Notes: generated by a model not told the origin, from the sequence alone. A stretch of DNA of 64,000 bases from an uncultured bacterium (GCA_963698225.1 CAVOPW010000014.1:78033-142032); one strand, 5' to 3'; positions 9,166 through 19,105 are shown, counted from the first letter of the stretch. Made by a program: numbers and translations.

Positions 9166-10056
9166 GTGGAGAATAAGCAGCGCGATTTCTGGGACAAACT
9201 GACCATCATACTGCAGCCCCTCGGTGGGCTGTTTACTGCCATTGCAATCACGCTTCTCGGCTTCTTCACCTCGCAATACCTCGAACGCCAGCAGTCACTC
9301 GACGCCAATACCCGGTTGTATTCGGAACTGATGAGCAACCGTGAACAATCCGAAAGCGCTCTGCGCAAGGATATGTTCGTGTCGATCATCGGGACTTTCC
9401 TGCGCCCGCAGGAATCAACAATCGGCGCGGCGGTTCTCAACCTGGAACTGCTCGCCTATAACTTCCACGAGTCGCTCAATCTTAAACCGCTCTTTACCGA
9501 TCTTCGACAAAGCATCGGCGAGCGCTTAAAACATGAGGCACGACCCGATTCTCTGGAACGATACGCGGCTTTCCAGCGCCGCCTCGAGCGCGTCGCCCGG
9601 GAGATAACCAAGAAACAAATGGTGGTACTGGAAGGCGTCGGCGTCAAGAAGGACTGGGCGGTAAGTCTGGAAGGCGAGTTTGAGGGCGTTGCTCTTGAGC
9701 CGGCGGAATTCGATCTCGATAGCGTCACGACCACTTTGGTTGTCGATGTTACCGACGTCGATCGCGAAGCCAAGGAACTGCGCCTCGATGTTACGATTCG
9801 CAGTCAAAACGGACACGGCGATCCCGTCTCCAAGAATGTTTCCTTCAGCACCGGCTTCTATGACTTCCCGATGATCGACAATACGCGCCTCCCCAACGGT
9901 CAGCGCTTCTCCGTCATCATGAACAATTTCTCCGAAATGGGCGCAGAAATCACTATTGTCCTCTTCCCCGGCGCCTACGCCAGTCTCAAAGAGAAGCCCT
10001 ATTACGGCGAAGTCATCGAAAATATCCGCAAGTCCTCACAGAACATGGGAAACTAA
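9166..10056 (+). CDS. Hypothetical membrane-anchored protein (N-terminal TM helix)
   Basis: GTG start 3 nt after the upstream stop. One hydrophobic helix 'LGGLFTAIAITLLGFFT'. The remainder has no motif I recognise. Confidence 0.45.
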   Translation: MENKQRDFWDKLTIILQPLGGLFTAIAITLLGFFTSQYLERQQSLDANTRLYSELMSNREQSESALRKDMFVSIIGTFLRPQESTIGAAVLNLELLAYNFHESLNLKPLFTDLRQSIGERLKHEARPDSLERYAAFQRRLERVAREITKKQMVVLEGVGVKKDWAVSLEGEFEGVALEPAEFDLDSVTTTLVVDVTDVDREAKELRLDVTIRSQNGHGDPVSKNVSFSTGFYDFPMIDNTRLPNGQRFSVIMNNFSEMGAEITIVLFPGAYASLKEKPYYGEVIENIRKSSQNMGN

Positions 10057-10398
10057 TTCCCTTGCTGGTTATTGAACTAGCAATCACATCAGGACTGATC
10101 GGTCTCGCCGTTTGACGACGTCGACACAAACAGCCGGAATTTTGCCGTCGAATACAAGAACCATACTCGCTGAGTGCTGCTAGTTAATCCGCTTGATCCA
10201 CACGACCTCGGCGGTCAGCGCCATGCTGTCGCGTTGACAGCACTGGCTAAACGTGGCTCTGTCAGTTTCGGCTTTTCCAGCCGCGAAGTCCGTAGTAAAT
10301 GTCGATGGATATATGTGCAGACAACTATACTTGAGCAGCTCGACTATGCCTCCTCCCGGAAGCGCGTCAGGACTTTATTAAAGAACGGCCATACTGAA

Positions 10399-11655
10399 TC
10401 AGATCGACAGAATCACCCTCAGAATACCTTCATAAGGGAGCTTCTGTTGTTCAGTCGTCATCATGTTCTTGATCGTGTAGTGCTTGTCCTTCAAATCGTC
10501 AGAGAACACGAAGACCGCAAACCGCGAGTTCTGTCGCGAAGCTTCCTTCATCTGCGATTTTTGCGAACGCTCAAGATAATCGAGATCGACTGACAGTCCG
10601 GCATCACGCAGTTTGCCTGCCAGCGTCGCCGCCTCGACACGCTCATCGGAATTTACGGCTACGACGAAAATATCCAGCGGCCTCTCCACAAAACCTTTGT
10701 TTCCGGTCGCATCCATCGCAAGCAGTGTCCGTTCCATGCCCGCGGCAAACCCGACAGCCGGCGTTGGGTCACCGCCAAGTTCCTGAATCAAGAGGTCATA
10801 TCGCCCACCGCCGGAAAGCGCATCCTGCGCCCCCAGCAGTTGCGATCGGACCTCAAAGGCTGTGCGCGTGTAGTAATCCAGTCCCCGGACCAGGCGGGGA
10901 TCGACAGTATAGGGGATAGCGAGTTTCTCTAAAGTCGCCATGACCAGATCAAAATCGCCCCTGACCTCATCATCATAAAACTGCTCCAACAGCGGCGCAT
11001 CGGTCATCAGCGACTTGGTGACTTGCTCCTTGCTGTCAAACAGCCGCAGCGGATTGCGCTCTATCTTCTCGCGGTCGACCGCCGGAAATTTCTCGGCGAT
11101 CGGTTGCACGAATTTCAAGAGCTCTACGCGATGTTTCGCCCGAATCTCCGGCGTCGCCACAGAGTTGACAGCAACTTCGAACTGGTTCACGCCGCAATCT
11201 CTCAAGATCTGCACACTGATGGCAATAATCTCGGCGTCAATCTTGGGATCGCTCGAGCCAATCGCTTCCGCTCCAAACTGGTGAAACTGACGCTGCCGCC
11301 CTTTCTGCGGTTTCTCCTGTCGGAACATCGGCCCGATATAGAATACTTTGTTGAGAGGCGACTTCTTGCCCAGTGATTCCTCGACAAAGGCCCGTACGAC
11401 CGAAGCTGTGGCTTCCGGACGCAGGGTGAGGTTTCGCCCTCCCATGTCGGTAAAACTGAACATTTCCTTGGAGACGATATCCGTGCCTTCGCCGATGCCG
11501 CGTGCAAACAGTTCGGTCATTTCAAATGCCGGCGGGCGGATCTCCTTGTAATTGAATCGCCGCATGGCGTCGCGGACGATTTCTTCAAGATAAACCCACT
11601 TCGCCGATTCGTCGGGAAGGATATCGAATGTGCCTTTGATTCGTTGGTATTTCAT
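10399..11655 (-). CDS. hisS: Histidine--tRNA ligase
   Basis: 'GTFDILPDESAKW', 'EIRPPAFEMTELFARGIGEGTDIVSKEMFSF.D.GGR.LTLRPEATASVVRAF', 'RQFHQFG.E' and 'GGGRYD' are class-IIa HisRS motifs. Confidence 0.95.
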   Translation of the reverse strand: MKYQRIKGTFDILPDESAKWVYLEEIVRDAMRRFNYKEIRPPAFEMTELFARGIGEGTDIVSKEMFSFTDMGGRNLTLRPEATASVVRAFVEESLGKKSPLNKVFYIGPMFRQEKPQKGRQRQFHQFGAEAIGSSDPKIDAEIIAISVQILRDCGVNQFEVAVNSVATPEIRAKHRVELLKFVQPIAEKFPAVDREKIERNPLRLFDSKEQVTKSLMTDAPLLEQFYDDEVRGDFDLVMATLEKLAIPYTVDPRLVRGLDYYTRTAFEVRSQLLGAQDALSGGGRYDLLIQELGGDPTPAVGFAAGMERTLLAMDATGNKGFVERPLDIFVVAVNSDERVEAATLAGKLRDAGLSVDLDYLERSQKSQMKEASRQNSRFAVFVFSDDLKDKHYTIKNMMTTEQQKLPYEGILRVILSI

Positions 11656-11727
11656 AGTACGCCTAAGATAGAAATCAAGCCGGCAATGTCAACGCAATCT
11701 GATTTTCGGACTGGCCGCGAAGCGAGG

Positions 11728-12153
11728 CTACCGGCGTGTTCGATATAGCAGCACGGACAGTCCCGCCACCGTATAGCCGATGATATCAGCCAGCCAATCC
11801 CCAATCGAGGAATCCCGGTTGGGCACAAACGACTGCACTGTCTCGTCAAGACCGGCATAAACGAACCCGAACACGAACAGCAGCACATAGAATACGACCC
11901 GTCGGGGTGAGGCGTGCACATGGGGGAACGCCCGAAAGATCAGTATCCCGAACATAAAGTATTCCAAACCGTGATAGAATTTATCAATATTGCGGATATC
12001 AAATGAGGGCGCCTGGGCATTCGGGAGGGAAGATAGCAACAGAATCATGCCGGCAAAGAGGATTGGCGGCAATTTATAAATCAGCAGTTTCTTGTCTATT
12101 CGAATCATAAGTGGGTATATATAGTAGGTGAATGGTTCAGCCACAAGCCGCAT
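11728..12153 (-). CDS. VanZ-like family membrane protein
   Basis: Four TM segments. 'DKFYHGLEYFMFGIL' and 'DETVQSFVPNRDSSIGDWLADIIG' match VanZ-family signatures. Confidence 0.6.
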   Translation of the reverse strand: MRLVAEPFTYYIYPLMIRIDKKLLIYKLPPILFAGMILLLSSLPNAQAPSFDIRNIDKFYHGLEYFMFGILIFRAFPHVHASPRRVVFYVLLFVFGFVYAGLDETVQSFVPNRDSSIGDWLADIIGYTVAGLSVLLYRTRR

Positions 12154-12237
12154 TCTTGCGGATAAAGCGAGTTCTTCCTCAAGACTTGACTTCAGGACGG
12201 CTAGTCATATATTCCTCCCAACCCTAATGCGGAGATA

Positions 12238-13209
12238 ATGATGCGCGCATTGATAACCGGTGTTACCGGTCAAGATGGATCGTACCTCGCCGAGTTGCTC
12301 TTGGCAAAGGGCTATGATGTTTACGGCATGGTGCGACGGTCGTCTACCGAAAATTTCGAGCGGATCAACCACATCAAGGACAAGCTGCGTCTGATTCAGG
12401 CCGATCTCTATGATCAAGGCTCCCTTCTCGACATGATCGAGGATGTGCGGCCGAACGAAGTCTACAATCTTGCCGCCCAGTCGTTTGTGCCGACTTCCTG
12501 GACCCAGCCGGTCTTGACGGGAGAGTTCGATGCCATTGGCGTCACTAAGCTGCTCGAAGCCATCCGCAAGGTTGATACGAAAATCAAATTCTATCAGGCG
12601 TCTTCGTCGGAGATGTTCGGCAAAGTGCAGCAAGTGCCGCAAACCGAGAATACACCCTTTTACCCGCGTTCTCCCTACGGCGTCGCCAAGGTCTACGGCC
12701 ATTTCATAACCGTCAACTATCGCGAATCCTACAATATTCACGCGTCTTCCGGCATTTTGTTCAACCACGAATCACCGCGTCGTGGGCTGGAATTCGTTAC
12801 ACGCAAAATCTCCGATGGCGCAGCACGGATCAAACTCGGCCTGGCAAATGCGCTGTATCTGGGCAATCTTGACGCCAAGCGCGACTGGGGCTTTGCGGGA
12901 GACTATGTGGTCGCGATGTGGCTGATGCTCCAACTGGAGAAGCCGGAAAACTTCGTCATTTCTTCAAATGAGAATCACACCGTAAGAGAATTTGCCGAGA
13001 TTGCCTTCTCCCGATTGGATCTCGACTACAAACAATATGTCAAGATCGACCAACGCTTCGTGCGCCCGGCTGAAGTCGATATCCTGCTGGGCGATTCCAC
13101 ACAGGCGCGCAAGAAACTCGGCTGGCAGCCGAAGGTTTCATTCCGCCAGCTGGTGGAAATGATGGTGGACTCTGACTTGGCGGCGCTGAAGAAAAAACAG
13201 AGCATATGA
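12238..13209 (+). CDS. gmd: GDP-mannose 4,6-dehydratase
   Basis: 'MRALITGVTGQDGSYLAELLLAKGYDVYGMVRRSS', 'SSSEMFG', 'SPYGVAKVYG' and 'GILFNHESPRRG' are classic Gmd motifs. Confidence 0.9.
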   Translation: MMRALITGVTGQDGSYLAELLLAKGYDVYGMVRRSSTENFERINHIKDKLRLIQADLYDQGSLLDMIEDVRPNEVYNLAAQSFVPTSWTQPVLTGEFDAIGVTKLLEAIRKVDTKIKFYQASSSEMFGKVQQVPQTENTPFYPRSPYGVAKVYGHFITVNYRESYNIHASSGILFNHESPRRGLEFVTRKISDGAARIKLGLANALYLGNLDAKRDWGFAGDYVVAMWLMLQLEKPENFVISSNENHTVREFAEIAFSRLDLDYKQYVKIDQRFVRPAEVDILLGDSTQARKKLGWQPKVSFRQLVEMMVDSDLAALKKKQSI

Positions 13210-14153
13210 GAGCTTTCGTCACCGGCGTCACCGGCTTTGCCGGTTCGCATCTGGCCGAAAATCTCCTTAAGCACAATATTGAGGTTTTCGGCACTTCCTT
13301 AAAGGGTGAGCGGCGCGACAACATCGCAGCATTCAAGAAAGACGTCACCGTGGTTACGGCGGCGCTTAACGATGTGCGCTCGCTCAAACGGGCAATTGAC
13401 GCGGCAAGACCGCAGTGGGTGTTTCATCTTGCAGCACTGGCGGCGGTCGGGAAGTCCTTTTCTGCGCCGGTTGAGACGATGAACGTCAATTTGATGGGTA
13501 CCCAGAACCTTTACGAGATATTGCGAAAGTCCGCATCGGTGCAGAAAGTCATTTTTGTATCCTCGGCAGATATTTTTGGACCTTTGCCGCCATCCAGGAT
13601 GCCAATTAAACCCGATTACCCGTTGCATCCGGTCTCCCCGTATGGCGCCTCGAAGGCAGCCGCCGATATCCTCTCCTACCAATATTTTCGCGCATACGGA
13701 CTACCAATCGTCCGGATTCGCGCGTTTAATCACACCGGACCGCGCCAGGCAACCGGCTATGTCATACCGGACTTTTGCTCCCAGATTAGCCGAATCGAAC
13801 GGTCCGGAAAGCGGGGAACGATAAGAGTCGGCGACGTGACGGCACGGCGCGATATCAGTGATGTGCGCGATATCGTCAATGGTTACCGCCTGGCGGCGGC
13901 AAAAGGCAGGATCGGCGAGGCATACATTCTTGCCGGCGGGAAAGCTGACAGCATTCGCCATTACCTGAAGCTATTGACAAACATGGCAACTGCCGAAATA
14001 GATATCAAGATAGCCACGGAATTGCTTCGCCCCGTTGAAGTGCCGCTGTTAATCGGCAGCATAGCGAAGTCAAAGAAGGAATTAGGTTACAATCCCAAGT
14101 ATAAGATCGAGCAGACTTTGCTCGACACATTGGATTTCTGGAGGATGAATTGA
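13206..14153 (+). CDS. Extended-SDR NDP-sugar reductase/epimerase, GDP-4-keto-6-deoxy-D-mannose reductase (Rmd)-like
   Basis: 'FVTGVTGFAGSHL' Rossmann motif and 'SPYGASKAAAD' (YxxxK). The gene overlaps the gmd stop, which is typical gmd-rmd synteny. Substrate specificity cannot be proved from sequence. Confidence 0.6.
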   Translation: MRAFVTGVTGFAGSHLAENLLKHNIEVFGTSLKGERRDNIAAFKKDVTVVTAALNDVRSLKRAIDAARPQWVFHLAALAAVGKSFSAPVETMNVNLMGTQNLYEILRKSASVQKVIFVSSADIFGPLPPSRMPIKPDYPLHPVSPYGASKAAADILSYQYFRAYGLPIVRIRAFNHTGPRQATGYVIPDFCSQISRIERSGKRGTIRVGDVTARRDISDVRDIVNGYRLAAAKGRIGEAYILAGGKADSIRHYLKLLTNMATAEIDIKIATELLRPVEVPLLIGSIAKSKKELGYNPKYKIEQTLLDTLDFWRMN

Positions 14154-15466
14154 AGAATCAATTGGCGCAAAAACTGAAGGACCGTACCGCCGTTGTCGGC
14201 ATCATCGGTCTGGGATATGTTGGTTTGCCGCTGGCAATCGAGTATGTGCATGCCGGATATCGCGTCGTCGGCTTTGAAATTTCTGACCGCAAGATCAAGC
14301 TGATCAACTCCGGAGGCTCGGACATCGGTGATGTTCCATCCAAAGAAGTAAAAAAGGCCGTGACCGCCAAGAAATTGCGGGCTACTCGCGACTTCTCTCA
14401 GATGAAGGATTGTGATGTCTGCGCAATCTGCGTTCCCACGCCGCTGTCGAAAACTAAGGACCCGGATGTGTCCTACATCCTGACGGCCGTGATGGAATTG
14501 AAGAAATATCTTCGCAAGGAGATGCTTGTCATTCTCGAGTCGACAACCTATCCGGGCACTACCGAAGAACTAATCCTCCCCGAACTGGAAGAAACCGGCC
14601 TCAAGTGCGGTAAGGATTTCTATCTTGCCTTCAGCCCCGAACGCGTCGATCCGGGAAATGCGATTTATCAGACAAAGAACACGCCTCGCGTCGTCGGCGG
14701 TCATACGCCGCGCTGTCAGCAAATGGCCAAGATTTTCTACGAAGCCGCCATCAACCACGTTCATATGGTCAGCTCGACACAGGCCGCCGAGATGGTAAAA
14801 TTGCTCGAGAATACTTTCCGCTCTGTCAATATCGGCCTGGTCAATGAAGTCGCCCTGATGTGCGATCGTCTGAAACTGAATGTCTGGGAAATCATTGACG
14901 CGGCTTCCTCGAAACCGTTCGGATTCATGCCGTTTTTTCCCGGCCCGGGACTTGGCGGACATTGCATTCCGATCGACCCGCATTACCTCTCCTGGAAGCT
15001 CAAGAGCCTGAACTACTATTCACGATTCATCGAACTCGCCGGTGACGTCAACTCGCACATGCCGGAATACGTTCTCGACCGGATCGCCCGCAATCTTAAC
15101 CGGCGCAAGAAATCGATCAACGGCTCCAAGGTTGTTGTTCTCGGCGTCGCCTACAAGCGCGACATCGCCGATGTTCGCGAGTCACCCGCACTTGACTGTA
15201 TTAATCTGTTGCAGCGGGCCGGCGCCAAAGTTTTCTATAACGATCCGTTCGTTCCTGAGATCCGCTTTGATGAGCATCACAAAATTGACATGAAGTCGAC
15301 CAAACTGACGGCACCGTTAATCAAGGCTGCCGATCTGATCGTTGTCGTTACCGATCACTCCAGCTATGACTATCAGTGGATCGTGGACAATGCCGCCGCC
15401 GTGTTCGACACGCGCAATGCAACCAAGAAAATCAAACGCAACCGCAAGAAGATCGAACGGCTCTAG
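14150..15466 (+). CDS. Nucleotide-sugar 6-dehydrogenase (UDP-N-acetyl-hexosamine dehydrogenase, WbpA/TviB-like)
   Basis: 'VGIIGLGYVGLPLA' NAD motif and a catalytic 'GGHCIPIDP'. The three-domain length (438 aa) fits the family. Confidence 0.8.
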   Translation: MKNQLAQKLKDRTAVVGIIGLGYVGLPLAIEYVHAGYRVVGFEISDRKIKLINSGGSDIGDVPSKEVKKAVTAKKLRATRDFSQMKDCDVCAICVPTPLSKTKDPDVSYILTAVMELKKYLRKEMLVILESTTYPGTTEELILPELEETGLKCGKDFYLAFSPERVDPGNAIYQTKNTPRVVGGHTPRCQQMAKIFYEAAINHVHMVSSTQAAEMVKLLENTFRSVNIGLVNEVALMCDRLKLNVWEIIDAASSKPFGFMPFFPGPGLGGHCIPIDPHYLSWKLKSLNYYSRFIELAGDVNSHMPEYVLDRIARNLNRRKKSINGSKVVVLGVAYKRDIADVRESPALDCINLLQRAGAKVFYNDPFVPEIRFDEHHKIDMKSTKLTAPLIKAADLIVVVTDHSSYDYQWIVDNAAAVFDTRNATKKIKRNRKKIERL

Positions 15467-15496
15467 TTTCCCGAGATTTTCGGCAGAATGACGGAG

Positions 15497-15531
15497 AAGG
15501 CCCCGAATCAAGGATTCGGGGCCTTATTATT
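15497..15531 (+). terminator. Rho-independent terminator after the sugar-nucleotide operon
   Basis: Perfect 13-bp stem AAGGCCCCGAATC / GATTCGGGGCCTT with a 3-nt loop, followed by ATTATT. It lies inside the N-terminal extension of listed ORF 15488, which argues for a later start of the next gene. Confidence 0.7.
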
Positions 15532-15610
15532 GCCTGCGAATGAACCTGGACTCGATGTTGGACAAAATTGTCGCAACTTCCTCTCGCAAGGTTTCGTAAC
15601 CACTTCCATA

Positions 15611-17860
15611 ATGAGATTTGTATTCCCCGGATGGCTTTTCGCCGTTGTGCCCTTTCTCATATCGGCCTCGCTGTGCGCCGAAGCGACCTTTATTCCGAAT
15701 GAGAAACCCATTCTCAATGTTCGGCGTTCAGCCGCATCGATCAATATCGACGGCGAACTTGACGATGCGGGCTGGCAGGGTGCCGCCCGGGCGGATAACT
15801 TTGCCGAAAACACGCCGCGAGAACGAGTCAAACCGGCCGTTGATACGGAAGTGCTCGTCACCTATGACAGCGACAACCTCTACCTGGCGTTCATCTGTCA
15901 TGATGATCCCAACACCGTGCGCGCCTCCATGCGCGACCGCGACGAGATATTCAATGACGACTACGTCGGCATCCTGCTGGACACTTACGGTGACGCCGCC
16001 TGGGCCTATGAGATCTTTGTCAATCCCCTTGGGTTGCAGGGCGACCTGCGCTGGACTCCCAGTGGCGAAGACGACATAAGATTTGACATCGTCTTTTATT
16101 CGCAGGGCGCAATCACCGACAAAGGCTGGCAGGTTGAGGTCGCCATACCGTTCAGCAGTCTGCGTTTTCCCGTCAAGCCTGTTCAAGAATGGCGCGCAAC
16201 GTTCTGGCGCAATCGTCCCCGATCAGATCGTGAGCGCTCAACCTGGGCGGCGATTGACCGCGATCAGCCTTGTTTCCCCTGCCAATTCGGCACACTGATC
16301 GGATTCGAGAATGCCAAACCGGGTAGCCGCCTGGAGGTTCTCCCGGCTGTCATCGGGTTCCAGTCGGCCGCACTGCGTAATCCGGAGAATCCGCGTTCGG
16401 CGCTGGAAAACAGCGATCCGGACGGCGAAGCATCGCTGAACCTCCGCTATCTGCTGAGTTCTGACCTGACTGCCGACGTCACCTACAATCCTGATTTCAG
16501 CCAGGTCGAATCGGATGCCGCCCAGGTGGACGTTAATAACAACTTCGCCTTGTTCTATCCGGAGAAGCGCCCGTTCTTCCAGGAAGGCTCCGATCTCTTC
16601 AACACTTTTTCGAATGTCGTTTACACGAGGTCCATTAACGATCCGCTGTTCGCGGCCAAGCTGACCGGGCGACCGGCCGCTCGCACGACGGTCGGATACA
16701 TCGCTGCCCGCGATGAACACTCAGCAGTGCTGCTTCCGTTTGATGAGCATACGGACTTGTCCGAGGTCGGCAAGAGCATCAGCAATATCGTGCGCGTCAA
16801 GCAAACCGTCGGAGAAGATTCCTATCTCGGCGCGATCGCCACCGACCGCCGACTGGATGACGGCGGCTCTGGATCGGTTCTCGGCGGAGATTTCAACCTT
16901 CGACTCAACAAGAACTATCGAATCGGAGCACAGTTGCTGGCAAGTCATACTGAAGAGCCAGATGACCCCGCTCTCTTCGGCAGTCCATTGAGATTTGACG
17001 AACAGCGGCATACTGCGGCATTCGACGGTGAAAAATATTGGGGAAATACTGTCTATGCCGGACTAGCCCGCGAGGCACGGCTCTGGAATTTTGAGCTGGA
17101 GTATCGCCAGATCAGCCCGACTTTCCGTGCCGACAACGGATTCATCTTTCGCAACAATCAGCGCGAAGGCAGTCTTGAGACCGCGCTCTTCTTTCGACCT
17201 AAGTCAAAAACGTTTCTTGAAGTCACTCCTTCACTGGCCGTTGGCAGAATCTGGAATTTCTCCGGAGCGCGTAAAGACGAATGGGTGTCACCGGAAATGA
17301 GCGTCCTATTGCCCGCGCAAACTGTCGTTCAGGGTGGCTGGCTGTACAGCCGCGAAACCTTCCAGGGCATATTCTTCCCCGGAATTCGGCATTACCGGGT
17401 GTATGTTGAAAGCCGTTTTTCCGAGCCGTTAAGCCTTGGCGGACAGGTCAAACGCATCAAATACATCGCGCGCCGCCTGGAAACCCCGGTACTCGGCCAC
17501 GGATGGGAACTTGAAGCATTCTGCACATTGAAACTATTCCAGTGCCTCATCGTCCGACCCCAGTATAGTTATGAAGAATTGAACGATCCGCAAACCGATG
17601 AGACAATCTACGCCGGGTACATCCTGCGGACGCAGCTGAATTACCAGTTTACTCGCGAATGGTTTCTTCGCTTGATTATTCAATATGATAATTTTGACCG
17701 GGTGATGGGATTGGAGCCTCTGCTAAGTTACAAACTGAATCCATTTACAATCTTCTACCTTGGCTCAACTCATTCCTACCGAAACCTGCGTGATACCCGT
17801 GACCTGATCCAGAGCAATCGCCAGTTCTTTTTCAAGTTCCAGTACCTGCTGCGCGCGTAG
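15611..17860 (+). CDS. DUF5916 / CBM9-like (DOMON-like) outer-membrane-associated protein, paralog 1
   Basis: Start placed at the ATG at 15611 (signal peptide 'MRFVFPGWLFAVVPFLISASLCAEA'). 'IDGELDDAGWQGAARADNF...DSDNLYLAFICHD...DDYVGILLDTYGD' is the carbohydrate-binding-family-9-like N-domain. The long C-terminal part is beta-rich and ends in an aromatic-rich segment. A paralog lies at 31273-33940. Confidence 0.65.
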   Translation: MRFVFPGWLFAVVPFLISASLCAEATFIPNEKPILNVRRSAASINIDGELDDAGWQGAARADNFAENTPRERVKPAVDTEVLVTYDSDNLYLAFICHDDPNTVRASMRDRDEIFNDDYVGILLDTYGDAAWAYEIFVNPLGLQGDLRWTPSGEDDIRFDIVFYSQGAITDKGWQVEVAIPFSSLRFPVKPVQEWRATFWRNRPRSDRERSTWAAIDRDQPCFPCQFGTLIGFENAKPGSRLEVLPAVIGFQSAALRNPENPRSALENSDPDGEASLNLRYLLSSDLTADVTYNPDFSQVESDAAQVDVNNNFALFYPEKRPFFQEGSDLFNTFSNVVYTRSINDPLFAAKLTGRPAARTTVGYIAARDEHSAVLLPFDEHTDLSEVGKSISNIVRVKQTVGEDSYLGAIATDRRLDDGGSGSVLGGDFNLRLNKNYRIGAQLLASHTEEPDDPALFGSPLRFDEQRHTAAFDGEKYWGNTVYAGLAREARLWNFELEYRQISPTFRADNGFIFRNNQREGSLETALFFRPKSKTFLEVTPSLAVGRIWNFSGARKDEWVSPEMSVLLPAQTVVQGGWLYSRETFQGIFFPGIRHYRVYVESRFSEPLSLGGQVKRIKYIARRLETPVLGHGWELEAFCTLKLFQCLIVRPQYSYEELNDPQTDETIYAGYILRTQLNYQFTREWFLRLIIQYDNFDRVMGLEPLLSYKLNPFTIFYLGSTHSYRNLRDTRDLIQSNRQFFFKFQYLLRA

Positions 17861-18000
17861 GAGCAGCCAAGTCATCCTTCCGAATCTTGTATCTCCCGAT
17901 TGCTTCAATAGATACTTGACACTATATTGTAACAGCCCTTGAAGAACTGATTTCGCTTTCCGTTCATCAGCGCCCCGGAAAGGCAGGCACAGGCACGTTT

Positions 18001-19080
18001 GTGGACTCTGCGTTGAAGAGAATTGTCCTCGATTTCCTGCAGAAGCGACCGTCGGGAGCCGCAGCAAATCCGTTCGTCCGCTGGTGCCTCGCAGAAATTC
18101 AATATCATTTGATTCGTCTTCGCGGTGCACGGCACAGACTTCCGCTTGATCTCACCAACCCGGAGCACTCACTCGAGGATTTAGCGATAGATGTGGCCGG
18201 CTTTTATCTGGGTGAAGAGCGCGCGGAGCGATATCACAAGATATTCCACTACTTGGAAGCACACGGATACTCCGAGTTTCGCGACGAAGACCTGACGGAA
18301 ATCATCAGACTTCTGCGCGCCCAGATTGTGCAGTTTACCAACCAACGCGTCTTCAAATTCTCGCGGCAGGAGCATCCAGAATCAGGAAAGTGTAAGAAAG
18401 CCCTTGAAGCCGCCCTTGGAGTAATGGAGTCACGATCGGAAGTTATTGTCACGACTCCTGGAGGAGACCGGAACATTTTGATCGCTGATGTATCTGCAAA
18501 GGAAACGAATTCTCAGCCTCCATTTATTCCCTTTCTTGATCTGGTCGAAATCATCGACAAGATCTATGCCCAGTCACTCAACAAAATTCAGCTCTGCCGA
18601 CTGGTCCTGAAGGCAATGGCGGAACAGAGTCAATACCCGAAACACCTGTACAGGCACGAGTTCATTGAAGCAGTTGTCGTCGTGCTCGCCAGGAGAGCGC
18701 TCTTCGAAGCGCCGCGGCTATCGGCCGATGATAGCCCCATCCAGGTTATCCTCCGCCAAGAGATGGAAAACGACCTGCGCGCGACGCTGGCTGGAGCCAC
18801 GGTCGCAGATCTTGAAGAACAAGTCACAAAGTCCCGGATCAGCCCCGACGAGATCAAGCTGTTGGTGACGGCAGTGGAATGCTATCTGCTTGACAGCATG
18901 AACGGCGGCCCCGACAAGATTACCAAGTATTTCTATGCGACGATGCCGGCGCATGTTCACCGGCATTATCGTACTCAATATAAGTACGCTTTTGAAACGG
19001 TGGTCGCTCGTTCCCGGGACGATTTCCACCGGCGCATCAAAAGAAATCCGACAATCCGGAAACTCTGGGACTATCTGTAG
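18001..19080 (+). CDS. Hypothetical protein, possibly a very divergent sigma-70/ECF-like factor
   Basis: GTG start; 359 aa, helical-looking. The only hints are position (directly upstream of a zf-HC2 anti-sigma gene) and weak region-2/region-4-like strings ('EDLAIDVAGFYLGE', 'ETVVARSRDDFHRRIKRN' versus the ECF consensus 'GTVKSRLHRARKxL'). Confidence 0.25.
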   Translation: MDSALKRIVLDFLQKRPSGAAANPFVRWCLAEIQYHLIRLRGARHRLPLDLTNPEHSLEDLAIDVAGFYLGEERAERYHKIFHYLEAHGYSEFRDEDLTEIIRLLRAQIVQFTNQRVFKFSRQEHPESGKCKKALEAALGVMESRSEVIVTTPGGDRNILIADVSAKETNSQPPFIPFLDLVEIIDKIYAQSLNKIQLCRLVLKAMAEQSQYPKHLYRHEFIEAVVVVLARRALFEAPRLSADDSPIQVILRQEMENDLRATLAGATVADLEEQVTKSRISPDEIKLLVTAVECYLLDSMNGGPDKITKYFYATMPAHVHRHYRTQYKYAFETVVARSRDDFHRRIKRNPTIRKLWDYL

Positions 19081-19105
19081 ACGTGAAAGGATTCGCGGAA
19101 CTGTT

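Noticed and set aside
10057-10398. Minus-strand open frame downstream of hisS ('...GGGIVELLKYSCLHIYPSTFTTDFAAGKAETDRATFSQCCQRDSMALTAEVVWIKRIN*'), preceded by GGGAGGAGG. The antisense 139-aa ORF 10174-10593 was also considered.
   Set aside because: There is no ATG, GTG or TTG at a sensible distance from the SD-like string, and I recognise no family. It could be a gene remnant or a start codon destroyed by an insertion, but I cannot support calling it. The plus-strand ORF overlaps the hisS 3' end and looks spurious.
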